Part shown: positions 35,385-48,292 of the stretch, one piece after another
Layout of the letters: every line of letters begins with the position of its first letter
Numbering within the stretch: the stretch's first letter is position 1
Source of the DNA: Lingula anatina
Taxonomy: Eukaryota > Animalia > Brachiopoda
DNA: 64,000 bases
Assembly: GCA_051362555.1 (NCBI GenBank)
Contig: CM120643.1
Span: 29,764,848-29,828,847 of the forward strand
Direction: 5' to 3'
Position numbers and translations under genes: made by a program
The notes under the pieces: generated by a model
What the model was told of the DNA's origin: nothing
Seen by the model: only the letters and a program-made list of their open reading frames with translations
Databases searched by the model: none

Positions 35385-37964
35385 ATGGGTGACCCAAAAA
35401 CGGACATGACGTCAGACAAAATGGAGACAGACGAGGCAGACACTAGTTCACATGTGCAAAGGTCGAGGGAAACAGAAAACGCAAGTATTAATTGTAACAT
35501 ATGAAATGATTTACAGCATTACCGTCATCTGATATCGTTGTAGTCTGGTATGTGTCCTTAACTCTGATTGGTTAAAACCGACGTTCATGCATCGGTCAGT
35601 ATTACTAGTATGATAGGTAATGGCGCCACCTGCCAATTACGTCTTATCAGACCGCAAAATCAAAAAACAATACAAAACCATAAAATATAATCTTTGCTTA
35701 TCACACGATAAAAACATGGTGTCTCGAATATGTATCCCTTCTAAAAGATAAAGCTGATAAGGAGTTGGAATAGAGAAGATTTGGACGCTAGTTAATGTAT
35801 CGATCTCGGAAAGGAAATACCTGTAGGGGGATTTACAGTGCAAACTCCTCAGCATATCATATTTTACCCTCAAGCACGATATGAAGAATAAGATTAGTAA
35901 TCTGCCCAGTTAGCAGTCTACACGTGTTTTTGAAATCTGAAGGGAGTTCAGATAGTCGTCGTCATATCTAATGTATACGCTATATAATAATATCCCAAGT
36001 TAAAACAAAAAAAATACCCATATTTCAGTGCAATCCACCCGTTGTCTCCGACCACGAAACCGACCACGCCTCTTCTTGTTGTCGTTGCTGTGTGAGAAAA
36101 CGACCCTTCAGGTTAAGAGTATTCATCAGAAAGTATTTTTGGGAAGGTGAATTTTATGTCCAAGTTTTTTCTTGAAATAATAGTGTATTGTTGCATTAAG
36201 AAAACACGAATAATGGTACTGTAAAGTGACATATCAGTCATTCTGGGTCTAAAAACAATATGATAAAATGATAAAAAAAGACGAACGGGGAGAATTAATT
36301 ACAAGTACAGTAGGGGCCTATATGCAAACACGGTCTTACAGATAAGTAGATTTTGCATTTAAATTATTCCAACTTATGACATCCAGTTGACACATTGAGA
36401 CCTGCTACTTTGTGTCGGTGTCCTTCAGGGCAACACCTGCTGCCGACCCAGGAAGACGCTCTGAGGAGTCTCCCAGAAGACGCTAAGTGGTACAAGAAGG
36501 TATTGGTGCGCTACAGACGCGTTGTGGCAGTCGTTATCCCCTCCGTCATTGTCCTCTCTGCTTGGCTGGCCGTCATGGTGGCTCACAATCACTGGAACTT
36601 GTTTCCTGAGAAATACTTCATGACGATAACAATGGTGTTTGGGTCTTTGGTAGCAGGTTTGTGCAAGTAATACAACCTTATAACCTCGTCCTTAGTTGTA
36701 CCTTATTTTATTTCTAATATGAAGTTCAGTGTAATCATGAATTAAATTTAACCATTATTTAAGCCACACAAAACTATCACTTAAGGCCATGGAACTGCTT
36801 GGCAGCCTATATGACCATATATAAATTTAACTTAAAGGACAAGCGCACTTCTATAAATATTTGGATTGATAGAAGACACGGTTTAGTAAATCAATTTCAA
36901 AAACAAGTCTAACGATCACACCATTTAATATATTTTACTGATCACACATTTTACGGAAATCATATCTCCTATCATATGACATCAGTTCATAAAATATTTC
37001 AGGAATGACTAGTGAGGGAGGGGGCGCCGTAGCGTTTCCAGTGATGACCCTAGCGTTCGGTATTCCTCCATCAGTGGCCAGGGATTTCTCCGTGGCCATC
37101 CAGTCCGTGGGGATGACGGCGGCGGCCTTCACATTAATTTACATGCAAATCCAACTGGAATGGCATTCAATTTTCTTGGGAACTTTTGGGGGAATCATTG
37201 GAGTTGTTTTTGGCTTTGAGATTGTCGACCCCGCCTTGACCTCCGCGCAGAAGAAGTTAAGTTTTGTATGTATCTGGTTTACATTTGCTTTCGCCTTGTT
37301 TGGACTGAATATTTATCACAAAAGACGCACCTTCCCTAAAATACCAAACTTTAACTGGTGGAAGGGAATAGTTCTGGTTCTCACTGGTTTCTTCGGTGGT
37401 ATATTTACGTCATTTGCCGGTAGTGGGTTAGATATATGCAGTTTTAGTGTTCTTACGCTTCTGTTTCGCGTCAGCGAGAAAATTGCAACACCCACTTCCA
37501 TCGTGCTGATGGCGGGAAACACTTCGGTTGGGCTCTTCTGGCGACATGTCATAATGGGCCACGTGGACGGAGAGTGCTGGCAGTATGTCGCCGTTTGTGT
37601 TCCAGTGGTCATCTTTGGGGCTCCTCTTGGCTCTGTCATCGGCAGCCATTTCCATCGCTTGGTTCTTGCGGGCCTCATATACGTACTGGACACCGTTGCT
37701 TTAGTTGCAGCGTTCGCCATCGTCCGGCCTTTAAGCACCGAATTGGTTCTCATGTCTGTTGGGATAATCGTGTTTGGCGCCGTTTTCTTTTTCTGCTTAA
37801 CGCGAGCGGGAACACGATTTCTGCGGAGCATCGAAGACGCTGAAAGGAAAGCCGCCAAGGTCGGTGATATGACGGAGTTGGACAAAACTATCAATGACAA
37901 AAACAAGGACACAGAGCCAAACACAACTGGAATGCAGCTCCATGAAAATATAACAGAGATCTAA
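35385..37964 (+). CDS. TauE/SafE (TSUP, sulfite-exporter family) membrane protein, ~467 aa, 4 coding exons
   Basis: Exons 35385-35480 (GC donor, less certain), 36029-36146, 36429-36656, 37003-37964 join in frame (1404 nt). Motifs KYFWEGQ, MVFGSLVAGMTSEGGGAVAFPVMTL, ARDFSVAIQSVGM, GSGLDI, EKIATPTS, GAPLGS; many hydrophobic segments. Confidence 0.88.
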
Positions 37965-39569
37965 CATACACACAGGCGGTGATGGAGGACAGATATAGGA
38001 ATCCACTTTCATAAAATTGGCAATTATAAGCAAGGGAAATTTGAAACTTTTTTAAAAATTTCCCTTTGTTAGAGCAAATAAGCTACAACTATTGGATTAA
38101 AAAAGCTAAACGCATAGTCACATGTACCGTTCCCTGATAACTACCAATTGACTACGCGAATGATTACTAAGACTGTAATGTGACAGAGGAACCACGCTGA
38201 GTGACTTGTGTCTTGTAGAACTTAGTCCAAGGAGCCTGCTGGGTCCGGGTAGAGGATACAGGTAGCTAGTGTATCAGCTAGTGTGCTCAGTAAAGGAAGG
38301 GTACATCAGACAACCCGTTTATGCATTGTTACACCTTATGTAGAGATTGAAACTTTCACGTACACGAGTACTCTGTGGATATAGCCAACAGAGATACCGA
38401 TAGATATGTGCAAAGTGACAAAGCCGAGCGCGTGGAAGGGGTAGCAAATGTCACTTACAAAATCTAACTCCATGCTCAGCATAGGTAACATAACAGCATG
38501 TACATTAATTGACGCTAAACAGCATTCATAAACGAATTGTAGCAGTCAGATTGTATATGCCATCTCATGACCTTGTGCAAAAAGGTCTCTTGACAAGGGT
38601 TCTTTATGAAAATTGTATGTGTGTGCGGGAGCGTACAAACTGTAGTACATGTTCGGTGTGGTTGTCTGCTCATAGCTGGCGTGGGAGAGATTTTTATTAA
38701 ATTGGATTTCGGAACAGTCACGTTTTTCAGCAAGAAAATATACTTATGATGTGTAAATATGCTTCTTTTCTCTATTTTGATTGCTTAACTTGCTGATATT
38801 GTGAAAGAGAAAATATTTATTTCGTGTGTTTCTGCTAACATTTCAGAATAAAATATATATCTATAAAACAGAATATCTATCTATGTAAAGATAAAGTATT
38901 TATTTTAATTTCGTGTTTCTGCTATTAATTCAAAATAAAATATCTATCTCTAAAATAAATTCAAATAAAATATCTATCTACGTAGTTGAGGCATGTATGC
39001 CGTTGTCTGTCTGAATCACCTTACGTAATCCGCCATCAAATCGCACCACTGATCACAGCGCCCTCTGTATGTATACTGTTACGATAATAAATAAAGACCC
39101 CCTGTGAGATTTGAGGTAGTCAAGTCGACAATGTCATGTCTTGTCTGAGATGTTTAACGCAGTCTGCCAGCACGGTTAGCCAAGACGCTTTAGTCGATGA
39201 ATGGGCTGTAAACTAAAACAGAATGTCAGATTTCGGTTTAACTATACTTTTTTTATTTTTTGTTTAACATTTATTTATTTATTGTTATATTTTTGCTTGT
39301 TTTGGAGATGCGATTAATGTGATTAAATGGGCGATAAAAAGGTGTTGATAGCTGTTCGGGTGAGGGGGTTTGTTTGAAAACAATACTACAATTTTCACTC
39401 CAAAGAACGTTGCTGTTATCTCATCAACTCGGAACAGCAAATTCGTTTCGGTAAAAATATATCGTCTCTAAATATATGCCTACAAAGCCAACTCCGTTAT
39501 CATTGACTTTGTAACGTCTTGTCTGAGACACCAAACGCATTCTGCTGTCAAAAAGTCTCAGGTTTAGGT

Positions 39570-40200
39570 ATGTCATTTCTATTCTGAGACAACTAACACA
39601 ATCTGTTATTAAGTAGTCTCAGCATCAGGTATGTAACTTATATTCTGAGACAACTAACACAATCTGTTATTAAGCAGTCTCAACATCAGGTATGTAACTT
39701 ATATTCTGAGACAACTAACACAATCTGTTATTAAGTAGTCTCAGCATTAGGTATGTAACTTCTATTCTGAGACAACTAACACAATCTGTTATTAAGTAGT
39801 CTCAGCATTAGGTATGTAACTTATATTCTGAGACAACTAACACAATCTGTTATTAAGTAGTCTCAACATCAGGTATGTAACTTCTATTCTGAGACAACTA
39901 ACACAATCTGTTATTAAGTAGTCTCAGCATCAGGTATGTAACTTCTGTTCTGAGACAACTAACACAATCTGTTATTAAGTAGTCTCAGCATCAGGTATGT
40001 AACTTATATTCTGAGACAACTAACACAATCTGTTATAATGCAGTCTCAGCATCAGCTGTGTAACTTATATTCTGAGACAACTAACACAATCTGTTATAAT
40101 GCAGTCTCAGCATCAGCTGTGTAACTTATATTCTGAGACAACTAACACAATCTGTTATTAAGCAATCTCAGCATCAGCTATGTCATTTTATGTCTGCGAC
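39570..40200. repeat. 61-bp minisatellite (~10 units) abutting the SLC43 stop codon
   Basis: Unit ATTCTGAGACAACTAACACAATCTGTTATTAAGTAGTCTCAGCATCAGGTATGTAACTTAT; each unit carries CTGAGAC..GTCTCAG inverted motifs. Confidence 0.95.
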
Positions 40201-42574
40201 ACGGCCGGGCGTCTAATGAGATAGAACGGAAGACAGAGCGTCGCACAGGCTATACCACATAAAGTTAAACTGAACTGAAAATAATGAAAATGAAGATTTT
40301 CAACACATGTAGATAAGATTCATAGCACAGCGGTATCTGACCACCATCATCCACTGTGAAAGCTATTCATGCACGAAGAAGATCTCTGAGCAGAATATGG
40401 TAGTTATCAATATGGAGCAATCTAGCACAGCGATTAAATAAAACAATATTAATGATATGAGCAAAAATGTTCATTAGCTTGGTAGTTGATAAACATGAAA
40501 ATTCCCAGACACAAGCCTAAAATTTTCCGTACCGTTAGCTTACGGCCAACCTGGTCGAAGTCCTTCATCAGGCTGACGTGAGTAGTTGTTCACACTCACT
40601 GACCGCTAGGTGGTATAGCGGCCAGGACCCTCTTATAAATATCAGGTAGATCAACCCCCCCCCCCCCCCCCCCCCGTCCCTATTCATGGGAGGCTGGTGT
40701 CTGCTGATGTTGATAGCCTCTCGTATTTTTTGCGGGATGTCGGATGATTCAGATTCAAGAATCTTAGTTGAATTCCAATCGATATTGTGGCCGGTGTCTA
40801 TTACATATTCAGAAATGGAAGAGCTGGTATTGCCTACAGTCACTGATTTCCTGTGTTCATTCACCCTGATCTTCAACTGTCTACCTGTTTCACCAATGTA
40901 AAAGGAATTACACTCATGGCAATTGATCCTGTATATTGTCCCACAACGTTGTTCTTGGGGGTTTTGTCCTTTGGTGCCACTAGGTGTTGTTTCAATGTGC
41001 ACTGAGGTCTAAAAGATGTGTTGACACTGTGCTTTTTGTAGATCCTGCACACTTTCTCTGAAATTCCTTTACAATAAGGGAGGATCACTAGCTGTTTTTT
41101 TCTGACTGTATCTGTTGGCTCACAGTTAGTTATTGCTGTCTTGTCCTGACGAGGTTTGGTCTTTAAAGCCCAAGGTGGGTAACCACACATCATGAGAGCC
41201 TCATCTAGTGTCTTGTTCTCCGAGGTCTTGTCTTCCTCATTAGTCACGATCGTGTTGCACCTGTGTTTTAGAGTTCTTACTACCCCCAGTTGCTGATGTA
41301 ATGGGTGGTGCGACTGGAAGTTTAGGTATTGGTTGGTATGAGTGGCCTTCCTGTAGACTTTCAGACTCAGGTGGCCGTCGTTTGCACGAGTGATCAATGA
41401 ATCCAGGAAAGCAATAGAATTGTTCTCCTCTAGCTCTCTAGTGAACTTGATGTTACTGTCTTGGCTGTTGATAAAGTCGGTGATGGCAGTTATGTGGTCT
41501 CTGTGGCAGATGGTGAACGTGTCGTCTACATATCTCAACCAAAGACGTGGAGGATTGGGCAAGGAACCCAGTGCGGCTTCCCCAGAGTTCTCCATATACA
41601 GATTGCCCATGGCTGCTCCATGTTTCTGCTTATGGAATTCACCCTTATAGATAAAATATGTGGCGTTCAATACAATGTCTAATAGCTCTGTGATGTCCTC
41701 TACTGATAGATTAGTACGTTCATTGAGGGTGGGATCTAGCGTAAGTCTGGAACTGATCACTTTAAGAGCATCATCCACCGGTACACTAGTAAATAATGCG
41801 CTCACATCATATGATACTAGGGCTTCCTGTGGTCCCAGAATGATATCCTTCACTTTATCCACAAAGTCCTTAGAGTTCAGTACATGATGGCATGATTTAC
41901 CTACTAATGGGTTTAAGATTTTAGGCTTGTTTCTGGGAATTTTCATGTATATTAATGATATGTTTCTAAATACACAGAGGTACCCAATTTTCCCGTTTTA
42001 ATTTGTCACTTATGTAGTATTTCCCTCTGTCTGATATCTAGGGTACGCACTCTGATTAGTTAACATATATAGATCGCTTTACAGAAGATGCGCATTATGC
42101 TAGTTATGTAGATTATAAAAATAACCTATTTTGAGAAATGACTGAAAACAATCCTATGCCGTACTTACATAAAGTGGGTCACTATTGAGCCCATTCTTCA
42201 GCCAGGAGAACATGATGTACTGTACAGCAGTGACCGCCGTCATTATGGCCCGCTGAGTACTAAATACTTTCCCAAAATGTTCGTGTGGAAAACTGAAAAA
42301 TATATTATTCAATTGTGAGACGTGTCTTTGCTGCGTAATATAAAAGTAAATGACTGCACTGTGCTGCTACATTCGATTTTATATAAGCTTTGTACTAGTA
42401 TAGAATTTAGTAAGCCCCGTTCTTATGAGATATCTACGGATGTCTCTCTCAACAGCACATAAACAAAAACAACAAGAATTAATAATAATAATAATAAAAA
42501 CAATAATAATAATATATTATTATTTTTATTTTTATTGTTGTTGCTGTTGTTATTATTATTATTATTATTATTGC

Positions 42575-42606
<32 letters not shown>

Positions 42607-43482
42607 CTTGAAATTGCATATCTAGCGCAACTACCCGTTATAATCAAGGTTAATAGAGAATTAAATCCAGCTCTAAAAGCAGTAACATAACCTCAGTGAT
42701 GAAACACCCCTGTGACTGACTATAGAGTTACAAGGTGACCAACGAGCCAGAAACTTAACTTGGATGTTTTATTGGAAGTAAACTGACTGATAATACATAA
42801 CAATCAATATACATATAGCAACATGATACATGTACAGTCAAGCAATAGGGAAGTATACTTACGCAAACACAAGGAACGCGAGGTGCACCCCGTACGTGAA
42901 TGTCCGCAGTACACAGTGAAGAAGCATGGCCACGTAGTGTACCTCCAATACCGGCACTGCGCATGTCACCCACAGCAGCAGTCCCGACATACACGTGACT
43001 AGAAATGGACCAATGAACGTCTTTGGCTCAGCTGAAAGGGACATACATGTTAGGGGTGCATCCAGGATTATTTCAAGAGGGGGTCCGATTTTTCAGGATT
43101 GACAGGCCTCGGATGCAAAGTCGACCCTAGGTCCACTTTGGGGTGTTTTGGGAGGGCAAACAGTGCCATTTGGAACGGTTAAGAATTATAAATCAGCTGG
43201 TCAACATTCTAATTCCAAGAGGGGAATATCAGTATGATTTTTTCAGAAACCGAAGGGGGGGGGGCTAGGATCCAGCTGGCCCACCTCTAAATCCGCCACT
43301 GCATGTACCATTAAACCAAAACACGTGTGACTTCAATACTTGACTCGTACAGCAGGTTTTGCATGAGTTGTGTTTATCTCCTGTTCATATTGTACACAGG
43401 CTGCATTATCCTAAAATTATGCAGATGTCCATCCATGCAAAGATTTGCTCAGTCAGAGAAAGAGGCAGAGAGAGAGTGAAAT

Positions 43483-43528
<46 letters not shown>

Positions 43529-46500
43529 AAGAGAGAAAGAGAGATGGAGAGGGAGAAGAAAAAAACGGAGACCGTGTATTCTGTCCTCGCCACTGTGCAG
43601 TCTGTTGACCAAATGGCCGGCAAATATGGCCAGAGGCATGCTGATACCAAGCTGTAGATAACCAAAGACATTGGTGTAATGGCTGACTGAAATGTAGAAA
43701 AATGATTATCTGCTTCTAATTGAACAAAATATTGTTTAAGGCAATACATTTGATACACATTAAAAACGTAGCCCTGGCCCCCGTTTCACAAAGAATCTTA
43801 AATCCGTAGACGTCTTACTCGAGCTGGGTGTCCTAGCTAGGTCGACTTAGCTGAAGTCGACTAGGAGTGTTTCACAAAGAATCTAACGTCTTAGCTTGGC
43901 GTGCTTACCGTAGTCGACGCGCACGAGAAACTCTTCAAGAAAAGAAGGTGTAAAATTGCAAAAGTTTCACAAGACATGACGTTTCATGGCCTCTTTCGGC
44001 CGAGAACGATCGTTTATCAACAATAAAAGTCAGCCAAAACACAAACAAAGTTTGTTTTTGAACTTTATTGATAAGTTTAACTTCAATACAACTTCAAAGT
44101 AACAGTTAAACATTAGCTTGTCGTGGAACACTACTGAGGGACGTCTAGCGGTCAAAAACATAAACAAACACGCGATCGGCTGGGTAAAGTGGAATTTTAT
44201 TTTTTATTTTAATATTCCATAAATTTCAGTGCTATTCAAGGATATTATAACACAATATCTTGAAGGAGGTATGTTCTTTCCAAATTTTTGTTGTTTATGC
44301 TCTCATTTACCGAGTTTTAGTTGAGCTTGCCGACTTAAGTCTCCTCCCGAGGAGGCTTGACATCGTCGACTTACAGCTAAGAAAAAAACGACGTAAGCAA
44401 CCTTTTAGATTCTTTGTGAAACGGGACTTAATGACGTAACGACTTAATTACGTTGGTTACCAAGCCCTAAGTCAGGGAAACCGACTTAAGTTTTTTTGTG
44501 AAACGGGGGCCTGAGGCATGCATGACGCCATTGGGGTAACAATTTACTTACCGGTGTCATGTATCAGAAAGTCCCCCATGACAGAGAGTCCGCCATGACA
44601 GAGAGTCCGCTTCCTATTTATTTGTACAGATGAGCCTGGCTCTAGATTCTGACCTACTTAGGTCAAATTAACCCTAGCCATTATAACTACATATATGGAG
44701 GGCGGACTTTCTGTCACACGGACCCTCAGTTTCGTGACACCGGCATTGCTTTGATTAATCGAAACATGACTTCGCGACTGACAGGTGTGCTGCAGCGTTA
44801 TGTTCTTGTGAATAAACGTAAATATAACTGAAGTCCAGACATGAAAGCAGCCAGGAAACAACTATTGATAAGTCAATTTTTTTTCAGTCCAAATATAAAC
44901 ATAAAACAGATGTGTTGAAACTACTCTTTGAACGTATGCATGTATCAGCATATCGATAATATATGTAGCTATAGAAAGCGTTCGTTTCTATTTTAGTGGT
45001 CATAATTGAAGTAGGTAAAGATATATATGTACTTACTTGCATTAACATTCCCGTATGATCTGAAGTCTATCATGGCATTAAAGCTGCCGAAATATGAAAC
45101 AATCAAGAAGGAATTTCCGCAAAACCAAAGCTGTGTCATCCAAAACATGGCGCTCTTCAACACGACACTGAATGGCAGGCGTTTTTCATTTTTGGTGCCA
45201 GAATCCTGGCCCGCCTTGGAAACAGATGAGCCGACCATTTCTGTGGAAGGCCTCGCTTGGCCGGTTATACAGGCAATATCTACTCTTCCGCTTTCAAGGG
45301 CTGTTTGTCCACTTATCTCGGCGTTTTTCTTCGATGTGCCACAGTTTGAAAAGTGTGATGTGTCACCACGTGGGAAACTTGTCAAAATTCCACCTGGGTC
45401 GTCTGTGATTTCTGGATCAACTTCTACAGCAGGGTTATCCCAAAAGCCAGCATCTTCTCTGTTCTTAGTATCCATTAATGTGATAGAAATTGGACGGATT
45501 CATCGAAAAGAAAAGTTGGACATATGTTCAATTATATTAGGTGAAATTGTTTAATTTTAATTAATCGGTGATGGTATCATTTGCATAATTGCAAGTTTAA
45601 CTGAACATTTCAAAATGATTAAGCAGTACTGTTATACATACTTTTGTGCCACTTGAAGATTCGGCAGATACCTCGGAGTCCACTGGAGAAATGACGTAGA
45701 TCGTCTCACTGCAGGACACCAGGCGGCTGTCAGAGCATTTGATGTCACTGGCATCCGGTTGTCTGTCCTTGTCATTGTCTGACATTGACTCACGAGGTGG
45801 CAGCACAATGGTGGTGGCGGTGGCAATGACAAGTGTTCCACACCCCATGGCAATCAAAGACAGACGGTACGGTATCCCGGCGTCATACGCCAACTGGAGA
45901 TGGGCACAAAAAAGAAATTGTCCATGAGTGGATTAGCTGTTTACAGGTCTGCATCTTTGTTGTCGAAATGTTGTGCATTTCGAAGAGACACTATTTTTAT
46001 TCAAATCTTATGTAAAACTCTGGGAAATCGTTGCAATTTACCTTGACCAACACAAAGCTGAAGTTGCTCATGTCGGCTGCACCAGAGACAAGAGTGGCAA
46101 TAAAGGATTTCTTAGCAGGGAATAAAGACGTTAGCTGCATGTCTGTAGTCATTAGCATCCCACCCCCCAGGAAATGGAGGGTTGCACCCGGATACAGGAG
46201 CCATTCCAGTCCTAAAACACACAAAGAATAATGTTCACGTTAGCAATTTGAAAAAATTATCCACAGTTTGCCAAATTAGTTTTAGTGTTTATCATTAAAT
46301 GGTTTTCTACATGTATAGAGGGCGAACATAGCAGACAATGATGAAGGATTAAGGGAAGCACTACCAAATGTAAATATCATTAAGGAAGTCCCAAAGTGAA
46401 CCTGGCAAAGCAACGGCTACCTTAATTTTGTGTGTGTTATATGTCTATGATTTAACAAGGTACATGTATTTCTATACCCTGTGTGGACTACATATTCACA

Positions 46501-48292
46501 TGCACATGTGTTTACATATTTTAATATTTTTTAAAGTTTAAAGTTTAAAAACAGAATCAGCGATATAACATAGTTACCTGGTTCAGAAAAGGCAATGAGG
46601 AAGCATCCACCAACGTTGAAAAGTCTGCAAAGATAAAGATGTTGTAAACCTTAAGAAAAAAGAATTCAGGATTATCACGTTCCGGTAATGTAAACACTGT
46701 GGTTTATGCCAGAAAATGCAACTGACGGTGGTTTGTTATAATTTGATTTAGCTTTAATTGAAAACTGATGTATAAAATAAAAATATAATAAATAAACTCT
46801 AACGCATGTTGCTGCTGGTGTTGCACTCTGTCGGTTCATTAACGAAAACGAGTGTCAGCATCTTAACTTGCTAAGCGTTACACAGTATCATACCCTGAAC
46901 AAATTTTGAGTGGTGATGCAATGCTTTTCAACCCCGCTGAGAATCGTTACTATCACATCGCGTACTAGGCAAGAGCGGTGTCGCGTCTGATACTGTGTAA
47001 TGCGATCTGACACACACCTTGAAAACAGGTAGTGTGGTCTGATCTACCGGTGAATTCAGGATCATTCGGTGCCCAGTCTGGTAGTTGGGTAGGCCTGAAA
47101 TAGAGACTGCACTCACACGATCCCTGACGTCCGCTAATTCAATTTCGCCCTGGGCCCCGTAACTCGAAAGCAACTCGTATTGCGAATAGCGATATCACAT
47201 AGAAGCTACAGTGTATTATATGGGGCAAGTATGGGCGAGTTATGGAATCGAGACGCTTGCGCTCGGTCGCAATGCGCGATGTTTTCGAGTTACGGGGCCC
47301 TGATCTCCAATAACATACCCAAGTCCACTCTTTGGCGAAAGTAACAGAGACCAAGGTTAGAGGAATAAACTTTTTGCACTTCTCAAGGGGTGAGCTAACA
47401 CTGTACGAATTATATTTTGTAGGGGCCCCTACAGCAGATTCTATTATTATGCAACGTTTTCACTGTATCTATTTCGCTCCATCCAAACACTATTCAGCTA
47501 CTGTCGTTTTCCCCCTGTACGCTTCAAGCATCTCTTTTACGCCTTTTCTTTGTGGTGACAATGGGTGCTCCACTTACTAGAGCCAAAGGCGAGTACACTA
47601 TGCGAGACTCGATATAGTGAGACGATCCATCAACTATTAACCCACTATTTATACATATCGTATTTCTTATTTAAATTCAAGTCATATTCCCAAAGAAGAC
47701 TGCAACTTTTTCTTGATTTAAAGAGCAGCATTTTAATAGTCCAATAACATTAGTTGTTTTCCTCTTGAAGAAGGATTTATTGATACAGAATACAAAGTTT
47801 TTTATATAAATCAGGGACAGTATGTCATCTAAAATGCTTTCTTGTGTATTTCTGGTCTCTAGTGTTGAGAAACTTTCATTCTGACGCCTGGTACGTTTCT
47901 GTAAACATTCTTAATGTTATCATCACAACTTACATGGACAATACTCGGGTGCGGATCACACCATAGTGGTCGTAGAAATAACCCAGAGCAGGCAGCACAA
48001 CCTGTAACGATATAGCCACAGTGTAGACCAGGTTTAGACCCTGCTCCTGTTCCGCACAGCCAAGGCTACCCTGATGCCCACTATCCCCAGAGACTGACCA
48101 GTTGGCGTCCGTTGTCAAGTTAGCTCCGCAGAGGTCGATGTGGAAGCCTGCGTCCCTGAAGATATAGACAAGTGAGGGCCAACCCGTGACACTGACAGTG
48201 TACAAACCTGTCTCCAGCAAACCCAGGGTGACAGCGAACACTTTAAGTACAGGAGAGTATGTCAGCTTTGGCATTGTCCAAAATGACCACAT
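40188..48292 (-). CDS. SLC43A3: SLC43-family (LAT3/LAT4/SLC43A3-like) MFS transporter, 9 exons
   Basis: Exons 48292-47934, 46624-46578, 46211-46042, 45893-45642, ~45475-45037 (acceptor unclear), 43686-43573, 43031-42863, 42292-42169, 40274-40188. Motifs GLLETG..GWPSLVYIF, C.EQE..LNLVYT, G.FYD.YG...TR, SHYTNVFGYLQ, LHCVLRTFTYG, FPHEHFGKVF, DPLY. Subfamily symbol tentative. Confidence 0.82.
40520..41946 (-). mobile_element. 5'-truncated Penelope-like retroelement (RT + GIY-YIG endonuclease), frameshifted, in the last intron of the SLC43 gene
   Basis: LVSYDVSALFTSVP, GAAMG(del)NLYME, WLRYVDDTF, VYRKATHT; GIY-YIG TIYRINCHECNSFYIGETGRQLKIRVNEH in a shifted frame. Confidence 0.92.
42480..42604. 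repeat. (TAA)n/(TAT)n microsatellite cluster
   Basis: Direct inspection. Confidence 0.9.
43051..43300. mobile_element. Possible hAT-like MITE
   Basis: Imperfect ends TAGGGGTGCATCCAGGA / AAATCCGCCACTG; target duplication not clean. Confidence 0.4.
43455..43558. repeat. (GA)n microsatellite in SLC43 intron
   Basis: Direct inspection. Confidence 0.9.
43777..44510. mobile_element. Harbinger-type MITE with CWG target site
   Basis: TIRs GCCCCCGTTTCACAAA / TTTGTGAAACGGGGGC, CTG duplication; subterminal TTTCACAAAGAATCT repeats. Confidence 0.85.
44551..44743. mobile_element. Small MITE related to 29201-29354
   Basis: CCGGTGTCA / TGACACCGG ends; shared internal AGAGAGTCCGCTTCC..GGGCGGACTTT. Confidence 0.7.
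47153..47299. mobile_element. 147-bp Harbinger-type MITE with CWG target site
   Basis: TIRs GGCCCCGTAACTCGAAA / TTTCGAGTTACGGGGCC, CTG duplication. Confidence 0.85.

Noticed and set aside
37316-37924. 202-aa antisense ORF
   Set aside because: Shadow of the TauE-family exon on the opposite strand; no independent features.
42423-42647. Poly-Asn / poly-Tyr ORFs
   Set aside because: Trinucleotide microsatellite within an SLC43 intron.
45027-45554. 175-aa plus-strand ORF
   Set aside because: Antisense shadow of an SLC43 exon.
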